A stretch of DNA of 32,000 nucleotides from Bdellovibrionales bacterium (lineage in GTDB: Bacteria > Bdellovibrionota > UBA1018 > JADZFF01), in the NCBI GenBank assembly GCA_020850015.1, contig JADZFF010000033.1:1-32000 (forward strand), read 5' to 3'. Every line of letters begins with the position of its first letter. Position 1 is the stretch's first letter. Of the stretch, positions 9,122 through 17,211 are shown one piece after another. A program made the translations under genes and the position numbers. The notes beneath the pieces are model-generated. The model searched no databases and was not told the DNA's origin. It saw only the letters and a program-made list of their open reading frames with translations.

Positions 9122-10218
9122 CGCAGGTTTCCCTGAGGCGCCGCCGCCTCGCGCAGCGCTGGGTGGTTCTTGAGCTGGGGGTGTTTCTCGAGGAAAGCCT
9201 TTCTGACGAGCTCGCGCTCCCGCTCGCGCCTGAGCTCGCGCAGGAGCTGCAGCTCCAGGAGCCAGGGCTGCACCTGAGTCGGATCGAGCTTGCGGCTCTG
9301 GCGGAAGTGCTCGAGCGCGTCGGGCTTCCGCCCGGCCCGAAGCGCCGCCTCGCCTTGCGCGAAGCGCCGCTCTGAGGGGTTCTGATCTCCGGGCTCGGCC
9401 GCTTCCATCGCCTCGAGATCCAGGAGCGCCTCGTAGTAGGGGCCCATCCCCCGATACAGGAGGCCGCGGTAATCGGCCGTGCCTTCGAGCTCCCGCACCA
9501 GGATCTCGTCGAAAGGAGTGGGAGTTTTGTGGCGAGGAGGCCTGAGCGCGGTTGCGTAACGGACCCAATGCACGCCGGGCGCGCTCCCTTGCCCTCTGGT
9601 TTTCACCCGCCGAAGCGACTCGAAGGCCGCATCCGCCGACCTCAGCACATCGATGTGAAGCTCATCGGCGTCTTCCGAGCAGGCCAGCGCGGAGAAAAGA
9701 AACTTCGGGTCGCCCCGGACTGCCCGGTTCGCCGCGCCCACTCCGAACTCCTGGCAGCGCGGGCTTACCCAGAAGAAGGGGCGCGCGACCTGGGTCTTGA
9801 ATCGGATGCGCACGTTCGCGGGCAGGGCCTTGCCCACGCGGACGGCGAAGGCCGGCGCGTCGAAGGGGCCGTTCGCGCTGACCACCACCGTGTCCTTGCT
9901 CTCCTGCCTGTGGGACACGAAAACAGCGGGCCGGGCCGCGGGAGGAACCGGCGCCACCACCTCTGTCACCTCCGGGGGCAGGGTGATCCGGATCGAGGCC
10001 ATGGGGCTCTCGAGCGTGCCGCCCCGACCGGGCAGGGGAACGGCGCCCCAGCCCCAGGTCACCGAGCTCTTCCAGGGCCGAGGCAGCCACTGCTTCCCGG
10101 CCTGAACCTGGATCGAGACCTCGGTGGGAGGAGGAACCGGGGAGGTGAGCGCGGCCGGGTCTTCCTCAGCCAGCGCGCGCAGGGGCGCCGATGCTCCGAG
10201 CACTAGAGCGCAAACCAA
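9118..10218 (-). CDS. exported hypothetical protein with C-terminal TPR-like helical tail
   Basis: The hydrophobic N-terminus is (L)VCALVLGASAPLRALAEE. The track start is TTG, and the true start may lie a few codons upstream (..RRLKLSSLSAS.. is in frame). The C-terminus reads FAQGEAALRAGRKPDALEHFRQSRKLDP, which is TPR-like. The gene is translationally coupled (ATGA) to the downstream barrel-like gene. Confidence 0.6.
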   Translation of the reverse strand: MVCALVLGASAPLRALAEEDPAALTSPVPPPTEVSIQVQAGKQWLPRPWKSSVTWGWGAVPLPGRGGTLESPMASIRITLPPEVTEVVAPVPPAARPAVFVSHRQESKDTVVVSANGPFDAPAFAVRVGKALPANVRIRFKTQVARPFFWVSPRCQEFGVGAANRAVRGDPKFLFSALACSEDADELHIDVLRSADAAFESLRRVKTRGQGSAPGVHWVRYATALRPPRHKTPTPFDEILVRELEGTADYRGLLYRGMGPYYEALLDLEAMEAAEPGDQNPSERRFAQGEAALRAGRKPDALEHFRQSRKLDPTQVQPWLLELQLLRELRRERERELVRKAFLEKHPQLKNHPALREAAAPQGNLR

Positions 10219-10310
10219 GGAGGCGGATAGTGAGCTGAGCTTCAGGCGCCGAATATTTCCCCCAGGTCCCAGGATCGCATGAAAAGGGCACTAACGCATC
10301 GGAACTTCAG

Positions 10311-10607
10311 GTGAATCTTGCCTATTGGTCACATGAGGAACGCGGGCTAGTGTGCCCCCATATGGGTGCTTACTTTCCGGCGGCGTTTTTCATCCTCCTG
10401 GGCTGGGCTTTTTGGTCGTTCCCGAAGATCGTGGCGGCTTTCGCCGCCGCGGGCTGTATCGGCTTCGGCCTGGCCTATGGGCTGATCGTCTGGCGGCTTC
10501 GGGGGGCGGCCCGCCGAACCCCATCCTTTCGAAACGTCACGTTGGTGATGAGTCGGCGGGGCGACGTTTGGACCCACGGTGGCGGGGCCTCAGGCCCTCA
10601 GTCCTGA
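10311..10607 (+). CDS. small hypothetical membrane protein (two hydrophobic helices)
   Basis: The 98-aa ORF starts at GTG 10311, with an alternative ATG at 10362. It has two hydrophobic segments (AYFPAAFFILLGWAFWSF and IVAAFAAAGCIGFGLAYGLIVW) and moderate G/C third-position bias. It ends 38 nt upstream of mnmA. No convincing SD was seen. Confidence 0.4.
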   Translation: MNLAYWSHEERGLVCPHMGAYFPAAFFILLGWAFWSFPKIVAAFAAAGCIGFGLAYGLIVWRLRGAARRTPSFRNVTLVMSRRGDVWTHGGGASGPQS

Positions 10608-10645
10608 CTTGATGAGTCAAGCATCCCTGGGGTAAGACCCGGGGG

Positions 10646-11812
10646 ATGTCCGCGACCCTGTCCGAGAGTTACGCCCATATCCCCAAAGACGCCCTCGTCG
10701 TCGTCGGCATGTCAGGCGGCGTGGACTCCTCCGTGGCGGCACTCCTCCTCCATCGGGCCGGCCTTCGCGTGGCCGGGCTCTTCATGCGCAACTGGGACGA
10801 AGCTGACGAGAACGGCGTCTGCGCCGCGACCGAAGACTACGAGGACGTGGCGCGCGTCTGTGAGAAGATCGGCATCCCGTACTACGCCGTGGATTTCGTG
10901 GAGGAGTACCGCGACCGCGTGTTCGAGGAGTTCCTGAGCGCCTACCGCGCGGGTTACACGCCGAACCCCGACGTGCTCTGCAACCGCGAGATCAAGTTCG
11001 ACGCCTTCTGGGCGCGGGCGCGCGCTTTGGGCGCGGAGTATCTGGCCACGGGCCACTACTGCCAGTCCGAGTCGGGTAGCCTTCTCAAAGGCGCCGATCC
11101 GGCCAAGGACCAGAGCTACTTCCTGTACGCCGTGCGCCCGCGCGCGCTCGAGCGTGTGCTCTTCCCGATCGGCCACCTGCCGAAGCCCGAGGTGCGGCGG
11201 ATCGCCGAAGCAGCCGGCCTTCCCACGCACGACAAAAAAGACAGCACCGGCATCTGCTTCATCGGCGAGCGCAAATTCCGCCCCTTCCTGAGCCAGTACC
11301 TGAAGCCTCGCTTGGGCGAGTTCCGCACGCTCGCGGGCGAGGTGCTGGGCACGCACCAGGGCGCGCATCTCTTCACGCTCGGTCAGCGCAAGGGCACCGG
11401 CATCGGCGGCCCAGGCGAATCGCCCTACGTGGTGGCGAAGGACGTGGAGAAGAACCTGGTCTACGTGGAGCGGGGCGACCGCCATCCGGCCCTCTACACG
11501 GACGATCTTCAGGCCGAGTCCCTGAGCTGGATTCGGGGTCAGTCCCCCGAGCTGCCCTTCCGCTGTACGGCCAAGGTGCGCTACCGCCAGAGCGATCAAG
11601 AGGCGACGGTGGAGCTTCTCGAGTGTGATCCCGTGACCGGCGCCCCGGGCCAGCTTCGGGTGGTGTTCGACTTGCCTCAGCGCGCCGTGACCCCCGGTCA
11701 GCACGTTGTTTTCTATAAAGAAAACGAATGCTTAGGGGGTGGGGTGATCCGCGCCACCGGGCCCTCCTACTGGCATCAGGGCAAGGCCCTTCCGACAAAC
11801 CTCTCTCTCTAG
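10646..11812 (+). CDS. mnmA: tRNA-specific 2-thiouridylase MnmA
   Basis: The PP-loop VVVGMSGGVDSSVAALLL is present. Family-typical stretches YTPNPDVLCNREIKF, ATGHY, DQSYFL and GICFIGE are also present. The 388-aa length is typical. Confidence 0.95.
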   Translation: MSATLSESYAHIPKDALVVVGMSGGVDSSVAALLLHRAGLRVAGLFMRNWDEADENGVCAATEDYEDVARVCEKIGIPYYAVDFVEEYRDRVFEEFLSAYRAGYTPNPDVLCNREIKFDAFWARARALGAEYLATGHYCQSESGSLLKGADPAKDQSYFLYAVRPRALERVLFPIGHLPKPEVRRIAEAAGLPTHDKKDSTGICFIGERKFRPFLSQYLKPRLGEFRTLAGEVLGTHQGAHLFTLGQRKGTGIGGPGESPYVVAKDVEKNLVYVERGDRHPALYTDDLQAESLSWIRGQSPELPFRCTAKVRYRQSDQEATVELLECDPVTGAPGQLRVVFDLPQRAVTPGQHVVFYKENECLGGGVIRATGPSYWHQGKALPTNLSL

Positions 11813-11962
11813 ATCGTCGCAGCCCTCCTCAACTGAATCACTGGAGGTGGTTCCAAAATGGTGCTCTGCGGCGATTCTACTCTTGAGTACTTAGGTACGC
11901 CGCGTTAACTCCAGGGCCTCATTCCGTTCCGTTTTGTTTTTCTGGTTCGAGGGGAGTTTCGT

Positions 11963-13573
11963 GTGAAGCATCGTGGATTTCTGCGTCTTGGAGCCGCCGC
12001 GCTAGCGCTCGCTTTCTTCGCTCTTGCGCCCTTAGTGGCCGAGGCCGAACTGCTCCAGATCATCCATACCAACGACCTGCATTCCTACTTCGAGCACTCG
12101 CAGAACGCCGACCGTGGAGGCTACCCGGCGGTGAAGGCCGAGATCGATCGGCTGAAGGCCGAAGCCCAGGCCCAGGGCATCGAGACTTTGGTGCTCGACG
12201 CCGGCGATTTCGGCGACGGCGCTCCCCTTTATTTCGCCGACCGCGGAGAGAGCAGTTGGAACCTCCTCAACGCCATCGGCTACGACGCCGTGGTCTTCGG
12301 AAACCACGACTACCTGCCAGGCCAGCCGGACCTCGACCGGATCGTGAGCAACATCCAGCCGAAGTTCTCGCTCCTGGCCGCGAACTTCGACGTCTCGGCG
12401 GAGCAGCCCAACCTGCGCCGCCATGTGAAACCCTACCTGGAGCTCCGGAAGGCGGGCCTCCGGATCGGCATCCTCGGCATCACGAACACCGAGTGGGCCT
12501 ACAGCTGGCGCGTGGGCCCTACCGCGATTCGCCCGATGCGCGAAACCTGGATGCGCTTCGCGCCCGAGCTCAAACGCCGCAACGATCTCGTGATCGCGCT
12601 GACCCATCTGGGCATCGATACGGACAAGCGCATGGTGGCGAAGACGCACGGAGCGGATCTGGTGGTGGGCGGCCATTCGCACGACTTCCTCGAGGACGCC
12701 GTGTGGGTGAACGACGCGCGCGGCAATCCCGTGCCGATCGTCCAGGCGGGCGAGCACGGCGAGGCCGTGGGCGACCTGCTCATCGATGTCACTCCGGGCA
12801 AACCGGTGCAGGTGCTGCGCTACCGCCTGGTGCCCGTGTACTCAGCCGGGCCGAAGAACCCGGTCGTCCAGCAGGCCGTGGAATCCGCGCGCGCGAGCTT
12901 CGAGACTCAGTACGGGCACCACTGGCTCCATGAGTCCGTGGGGCACACGGCGGTCCAGCTCCATGGGCCCAACACCGGGAACTGCCGGCCCGGGACTGAT
13001 CTCGTGGTGCGCGCGTTCGCGAACGCGGCTGGCGTGGAGATCGGCCTCGACAACGAGGAGTTCTACGGGATGGCGATCCCGCCCGGCGACATCACCCGCG
13101 AGCAGATTATCGGCCTCTATCCGCGGATCTACAGCTTCCGCAATACGATGGGTTGGACCGTGTGGAAGGCGCGCGTGCATGGGGCGGTGCTGAAGTCGCT
13201 CATGGATCTCGTCTTGCAGGCCGGGTACGTCGCGAACGTATGGGGCGTGACCTTCGACGTGGAGGCGGGCTCGGGCGGCAAGCCTCAGATCGTGAACCTC
13301 AAGGTGGGCGGCGAGCCCCTGAGGGCCGCGAAGCGCTACAGCGTGGCGCTACCCGAGGGCATGGCGCTCTGGATGCGCGACGCCACGACGCTCATGCAGT
13401 TTTTCGTCACCCAAGGGCTCACCGATACGCACATTCCCGTCTGGACGGCGGTGGAGCGTGAGCTCAAGCGCATGGGCGGCCGCGTGGCCCACCCGCGCGA
13501 GCAGCCGTCGCCGAACGTCGGCGTTCAGCTTCCGGGCATGAGCGACTGCCTGGGCGGCTCGTCGAACAGATAG
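11963..13573 (+). CDS. exported bifunctional metallophosphatase / 5'-nucleotidase (UshA-like)
   Basis: GTG start is preceded by gaggggag. The signal-like N-terminus is MKHRGFLRLGAAALALAFFALAPLVAEA. Metallophosphoesterase motifs HTNDLH, DAGDFGDG, GNHDY and GGHSHD are present, followed by a C-terminal 5'-nucleotidase-sized domain. Confidence 0.85.
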   Translation: MKHRGFLRLGAAALALAFFALAPLVAEAELLQIIHTNDLHSYFEHSQNADRGGYPAVKAEIDRLKAEAQAQGIETLVLDAGDFGDGAPLYFADRGESSWNLLNAIGYDAVVFGNHDYLPGQPDLDRIVSNIQPKFSLLAANFDVSAEQPNLRRHVKPYLELRKAGLRIGILGITNTEWAYSWRVGPTAIRPMRETWMRFAPELKRRNDLVIALTHLGIDTDKRMVAKTHGADLVVGGHSHDFLEDAVWVNDARGNPVPIVQAGEHGEAVGDLLIDVTPGKPVQVLRYRLVPVYSAGPKNPVVQQAVESARASFETQYGHHWLHESVGHTAVQLHGPNTGNCRPGTDLVVRAFANAAGVEIGLDNEEFYGMAIPPGDITREQIIGLYPRIYSFRNTMGWTVWKARVHGAVLKSLMDLVLQAGYVANVWGVTFDVEAGSGGKPQIVNLKVGGEPLRAAKRYSVALPEGMALWMRDATTLMQFFVTQGLTDTHIPVWTAVERELKRMGGRVAHPREQPSPNVGVQLPGMSDCLGGSSNR

Positions 13574-14400
13574 TGCCTCGGGCGGTCCACCTCCAGGAAG
13601 CCCAGGCGCAGGTAAAGCGCGATCGAGGCGGGGCTCGCCGCGTCGGCGTAGAGGAAACAGGACTTTCGGCCATGCGCGAGCTGCTGGGAGACCAGTGAGC
13701 CGACGCAGGCCGTGGAATAGCCCTTCCTCCGGTTCTCATGGGGCGTGTACACGGCGTTGATGCGGATCCCGTTGCGCGTGGGCTCGGCCAGGCCAGCCAT
13801 GGAAACCGGCGCGCCGCCCACCTCGAGCACGAAAAGCTCGTGGCTCCGGATGCGCTTCTGCGCCGCTTCGCGGAGCTGTTCCGGCGAATGCACCTCATGG
13901 GGCAGCGCCTCCGCCGCGAATCGGCCCAGCCACTCCGCCGCGACCGGGAGCTCGTTGTCATGCATCATGCGGAAGGAGCCTTCCTTCGGGCGTTCGGCCC
14001 GGATGCGCGAGATCTCGAAAATGATCTGCTGCTGCGCCAGCGCGGCCCCGCTGCCCGTATGGCGTTTCCACTCCTGCGCGAAAAACTCCGCCTCGTCGCC
14101 GGGGCCCACCACGCCCGGGAGCTTCGCCTTCCGGGTGGCCAGCTCCTGCGCGATCAACCCGATCGACTCCTGATCCCCCGCCGTGATGATCAGGGGGTTC
14201 GGAGGCGTCTGGAGCGCCACGGTGTGCACCGTGCGCTCCTTCACCACGGTGCCGAAAAAGGCGCCGGCGCATTCAGCCCGGCCATCCGCGAGCGCGAGCG
14301 CCAGGCCGAGGGCCAGGTGGTTTTTCCCCTCCTGAGCCTCGAGATGCACGAGCGCCTTGGAGAGGAAGTCCTCGGCGCGCTCGTCGGTCAGGATCATCAC
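13525..14400 (-). CDS. GNAT-family N-acetyltransferase-like protein
   Basis: The C-terminal region carries an acetyl-CoA-site-like stretch ENRRKGYSTACVGSLVSQ followed by ASPASIALYLRLGFLEV. GTG at 14400 and ATG at 14397 are adjacent candidate starts. The 3' end overlaps the convergent nucleotidase gene by 49 nt. Confidence 0.6.
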   Translation of the reverse strand: MMILTDERAEDFLSKALVHLEAQEGKNHLALGLALALADGRAECAGAFFGTVVKERTVHTVALQTPPNPLIITAGDQESIGLIAQELATRKAKLPGVVGPGDEAEFFAQEWKRHTGSGAALAQQQIIFEISRIRAERPKEGSFRMMHDNELPVAAEWLGRFAAEALPHEVHSPEQLREAAQKRIRSHELFVLEVGGAPVSMAGLAEPTRNGIRINAVYTPHENRRKGYSTACVGSLVSQQLAHGRKSCFLYADAASPASIALYLRLGFLEVDRPRHYLFDEPPRQSLMPGS

Positions 14401-14466
14401 CGAGCGATGATACCGGCGGAGGCCAGGGGGCGTCCAGCCTGGGTTGGTGGTAGTATCTCAGTCCTG

Positions 14467-15282
14467 ATGGTCTTCCCTGAGAGTCGTATCTCGGCCGGGG
14501 CGCTCGCGGGTGCCGCTTCAATCTACCTGGGGTTCTCCTTGCTTCTGGTGTTCTGGAAGGAGGGCTTCGAGGCCGCCGTCGACGAGGACGCATTCGCGGA
14601 GTGGGCCACCTGTCTGGCTCTTTTCGTCACCTCGGGGTTTCTCGCAGCCTCGGGATGGGCTTGCCGGAGCAAGGGCCAGGCGTGGCCGCTCTTTCTTGCC
14701 TCCATCGCCTTCTTCTGGGCGGCCGGCGAGGAGATCAGCTGGGGGCAGCGCATCTTCTCGATTCCGACGCCCGAGGCCTTGCTCGCGATCAACGATCAAG
14801 GCGAGCTGAATCTCCACAACGTGGACAAACAGTTCTTCGACCGCGTGCTCGAACGTGCGTGCGTGTTGCTCGCCGTAGGCCCCGCCCTTCTCCACCTGGC
14901 GGGCCGGGAGCGGCTTTTCGGGTATCGGCTACCCGATGCCTATCTGGTCTGTGCCTTTACCTTGGCTTCAATCTATTACCGGGCGGGCCATCTCAAGCTC
15001 CAGTTCTACTACCTGAGCTTCCTCGTCCTGGCTGTCTACGGGGTTGCGGCTTTCGTCGCGCGCCGCTGGCGGGTGGCATGGGCTTCGGTTGGCGTCTTCG
15101 TGCTGAGCTTCGGCTTGGTGGCCGTGAATCGCGCCTTTCGCGGCTCGTTTCCCGCGCACAACAACGGCGACAACGAGGTCCGCGAGCTGGTGTTCTGCCT
15201 GCTCTGCCTGGCCTACGCCGTGATCCTCTGGAGGGATGCGGTCTCGAGTCTCAACGTTTCGCGGCGTCCAGCGCCCGGTTGA
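14467..15282 (+). CDS. hypothetical polytopic membrane protein
   Basis: ATG 14467 (MVFPESRISAGALAGAASIYLGFSLLLVFW) is followed by 6-7 hydrophobic segments. The part of the track ORF upstream of 14467 is antisense to the GNAT gene and is not counted. An extended -10-like TGGTAGTAT sits at 14446-14454. Confidence 0.65.
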   Translation: MVFPESRISAGALAGAASIYLGFSLLLVFWKEGFEAAVDEDAFAEWATCLALFVTSGFLAASGWACRSKGQAWPLFLASIAFFWAAGEEISWGQRIFSIPTPEALLAINDQGELNLHNVDKQFFDRVLERACVLLAVGPALLHLAGRERLFGYRLPDAYLVCAFTLASIYYRAGHLKLQFYYLSFLVLAVYGVAAFVARRWRVAWASVGVFVLSFGLVAVNRAFRGSFPAHNNGDNEVRELVFCLLCLAYAVILWRDAVSSLNVSRRPAPG

Positions 15283-15748
15283 TCTCCGTGGCGATTACGC
15301 GGGCCAGCTCGGAGGCGGCGTCCTCGGAGCGATTTTCGCACTTTTTTCCCGAGGATTCGCAGGTTCTGAGCGGTGAGAAATCCGCCATCCACGAGTAGTT
15401 GTTCGACCTGAGCCGGGCCTGAGGCGCGGTGTCGGAGAGCACGGGCGTATCATTCCACCGAGAGTCCGGGATCGCCGTTTCTCCCAATTCCTTGCACCTG
15501 GCCCGAATCACCTTGGCTATCGCCCTGCAACCGGACTCGCCAAGAGGACTGAACTCCTTTGCGCCGCCCACGGTGGAACGCGTGGCGGTACAGGACGGCG
15601 TCTTCGTATTGCTCTCTTTTGGTCCGAGCAGCCGGTATCTTTCGCCGACCGTCCATTCGTTCAGCGCGGAGCACTCGGCGAAGGAGGCAGCTCGCGCCGA
15701 CGGCACGATCAGAAGCAGAGCGAGAAGGCCGAGGATCCCCGCTCTCAT
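15251..15748 (-). CDS. small exported Cys-containing hypothetical protein
   Basis: The signal-like N-terminus is MRAGILGLLALLLIVPSARAAS. The mature part contains 6 Cys. The start overlaps the stop of the upstream HExxH gene as ATGA (15748-15745). Confidence 0.65.
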   Translation of the reverse strand: MRAGILGLLALLLIVPSARAASFAECSALNEWTVGERYRLLGPKESNTKTPSCTATRSTVGGAKEFSPLGESGCRAIAKVIRARCKELGETAIPDSRWNDTPVLSDTAPQARLRSNNYSWMADFSPLRTCESSGKKCENRSEDAASELARVIATEINRALDAAKR

Positions 15749-17112
15749 GAGGTGGGCTCCCCGCCAGAGCCGCCTTCGCAGCCCGTGGCCTCGCGGATTC
15801 GGTCCTGGAACGAGGGCGACTCGAAGGCGCAGCGCATGACATCGGCGCCGAGCGGGTGGGAGAGGTCTTTCACGTACCGGCAGGCTCCCGGGATGACCTC
15901 AGGAACCCATCGTTCGGTGGGCGTGGTGCGGATGCGCATCAGCTCGGCGTAGCCTTCCTCCAGGAACTTTCGCGGACAACCTTTGGCGCAGGGGCCATCG
16001 ACGAAGCGAAGCCGGTCAGCCCCGCGCGCCACCTCCGCCATGCAGCGCTCGGCGCGCGGCCCGATCCGGAGCGCGGAGTAGAGTTGCTGGTAAGCGTCGC
16101 TGGTTTCCTCCGAGATCCTGCACCTTGTCCCGGGGTAAAAGCTCTGGCGGAGAGATTCCATCACGCGCGCATTGCCGCGGCGGATTTCCACCTGCCTCCG
16201 GATGTAGCTGCAGGCGTGGGCGATCTCGTGCCGGAGCACGTCGTCTGCGAGGCTCGAATCCAGTTTGCGAGCGGGGCCGAACACGTAAGGCGGAAGGAGG
16301 ATCGAGCCCGAGGCCATGGGCCAGCGGCGCGGCGAGCGGCGCTCTACCGCATGGTTGCGCCACTGGGTGGACGTGGGCTCGCCCAGGATGTACTTCGCGC
16401 CGTCGGTGCAGGGATCGGGAGCGTGGGGGTCGGTGGGCGGCTCGCACCAGGTTACGCTCACATTCATGATCATCCGGCGGCACATCCGGTCTCTCAGCCC
16501 CAAACCAGTATTGCAGCAGGAGCCCGACATCTGCTCGATGAGCCCGCGCACCCGGCCCTCCACCTCGCCGCGTTCGGAGGTCGACGCGGGCTGGGCGCTG
16601 ATCGATGCCGCGCTCGCCGGCACATACCCTTCGGCGCCGCGCGGCGCGGAATTCCCGGGCGCGCAAAGGTCGCGGCCGCGCTGATAAGTGACATAAGAGG
16701 AGAGGTTTCCCGGGGACCCCAGGGACTCACCCGAGCCGCCCGCGCGGCGGGCCTGGAGCGCGAGGGGGGTGCAGACGGGGAACCAGGGTTCGCCCGAGGG
16801 CCAGGGCCAAGTCGCCGGGGGGGCGCCGGCCACCAGGGTGGAACAGGAAATGGGCTCGAAGGGGCGCGGCCCGCTCCCCATGGGGGCCATCGCGCGCTCA
16901 TGCGTGTGCGGATCATCCACATCGCAGTAGGCGGTGGCGGGGCCGTCGAGCACCCCCAAGGGAACTCGCGCGGGGGAGGCGATGGCGACTCCCATATCCA
17001 GTCCCTCCAGCGAGTGATCGCCGTGCGGTCCGTGTGCCCAGACGGGCGCCGCGAAGGCGATGAGCCCCAGCCCGAAGAACGTCATTGAAAGTGAAGCGGC
17101 CCCCGAAACCAC
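15745..17112 (-). CDS. exported Cys-rich protein with an HExxH motif (putative zinc metallopeptidase-like)
   Basis: A hydrophobic signal-like segment MTFFGLGLIAFAAPVWAHG starts at ATG 17085, while the track start is GTG 17112. A single HExxH is present (LRHEIAHACSY). There are many Cys residues. I recognised no further family signature. Confidence 0.5.
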   Translation of the reverse strand: MVSGAASLSMTFFGLGLIAFAAPVWAHGPHGDHSLEGLDMGVAIASPARVPLGVLDGPATAYCDVDDPHTHERAMAPMGSGPRPFEPISCSTLVAGAPPATWPWPSGEPWFPVCTPLALQARRAGGSGESLGSPGNLSSYVTYQRGRDLCAPGNSAPRGAEGYVPASAASISAQPASTSERGEVEGRVRGLIEQMSGSCCNTGLGLRDRMCRRMIMNVSVTWCEPPTDPHAPDPCTDGAKYILGEPTSTQWRNHAVERRSPRRWPMASGSILLPPYVFGPARKLDSSLADDVLRHEIAHACSYIRRQVEIRRGNARVMESLRQSFYPGTRCRISEETSDAYQQLYSALRIGPRAERCMAEVARGADRLRFVDGPCAKGCPRKFLEEGYAELMRIRTTPTERWVPEVIPGACRYVKDLSHPLGADVMRCAFESPSFQDRIREATGCEGGSGGEPTS

Positions 17113-17211
17113 GCACTTACAGTTTAGCGGGTCTCGGGGGCCGAGTCTTGTTGAATATTTTGGTCAATTAACGAGAAAACGACCGAAAAATCATATAGTT
17201 AGAAAACCATT

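Noticed and set aside
9122-9568. N-terminal extension of the 8072 ORF up to 9568
   Set aside because: The extension is Arg/Ala/Pro/Gly low-complexity sequence overlapping the well-supported 9118-10218 gene. ATG 9121 gives a proper signal-like N-terminus and an ATGA coupling junction.
11941-11962. ggttcgagg string resembling a tRNA T-arm
   Set aside because: No acceptor, anticodon or D-arm structure can be built around it. It is the SD region of the nucleotidase gene.
13738-14466. 5' part of the 514-aa ORF 13738-15282
   Set aside because: It runs antisense through the GNAT gene with shadow-like composition. Membrane-protein features begin only at ATG 14467.
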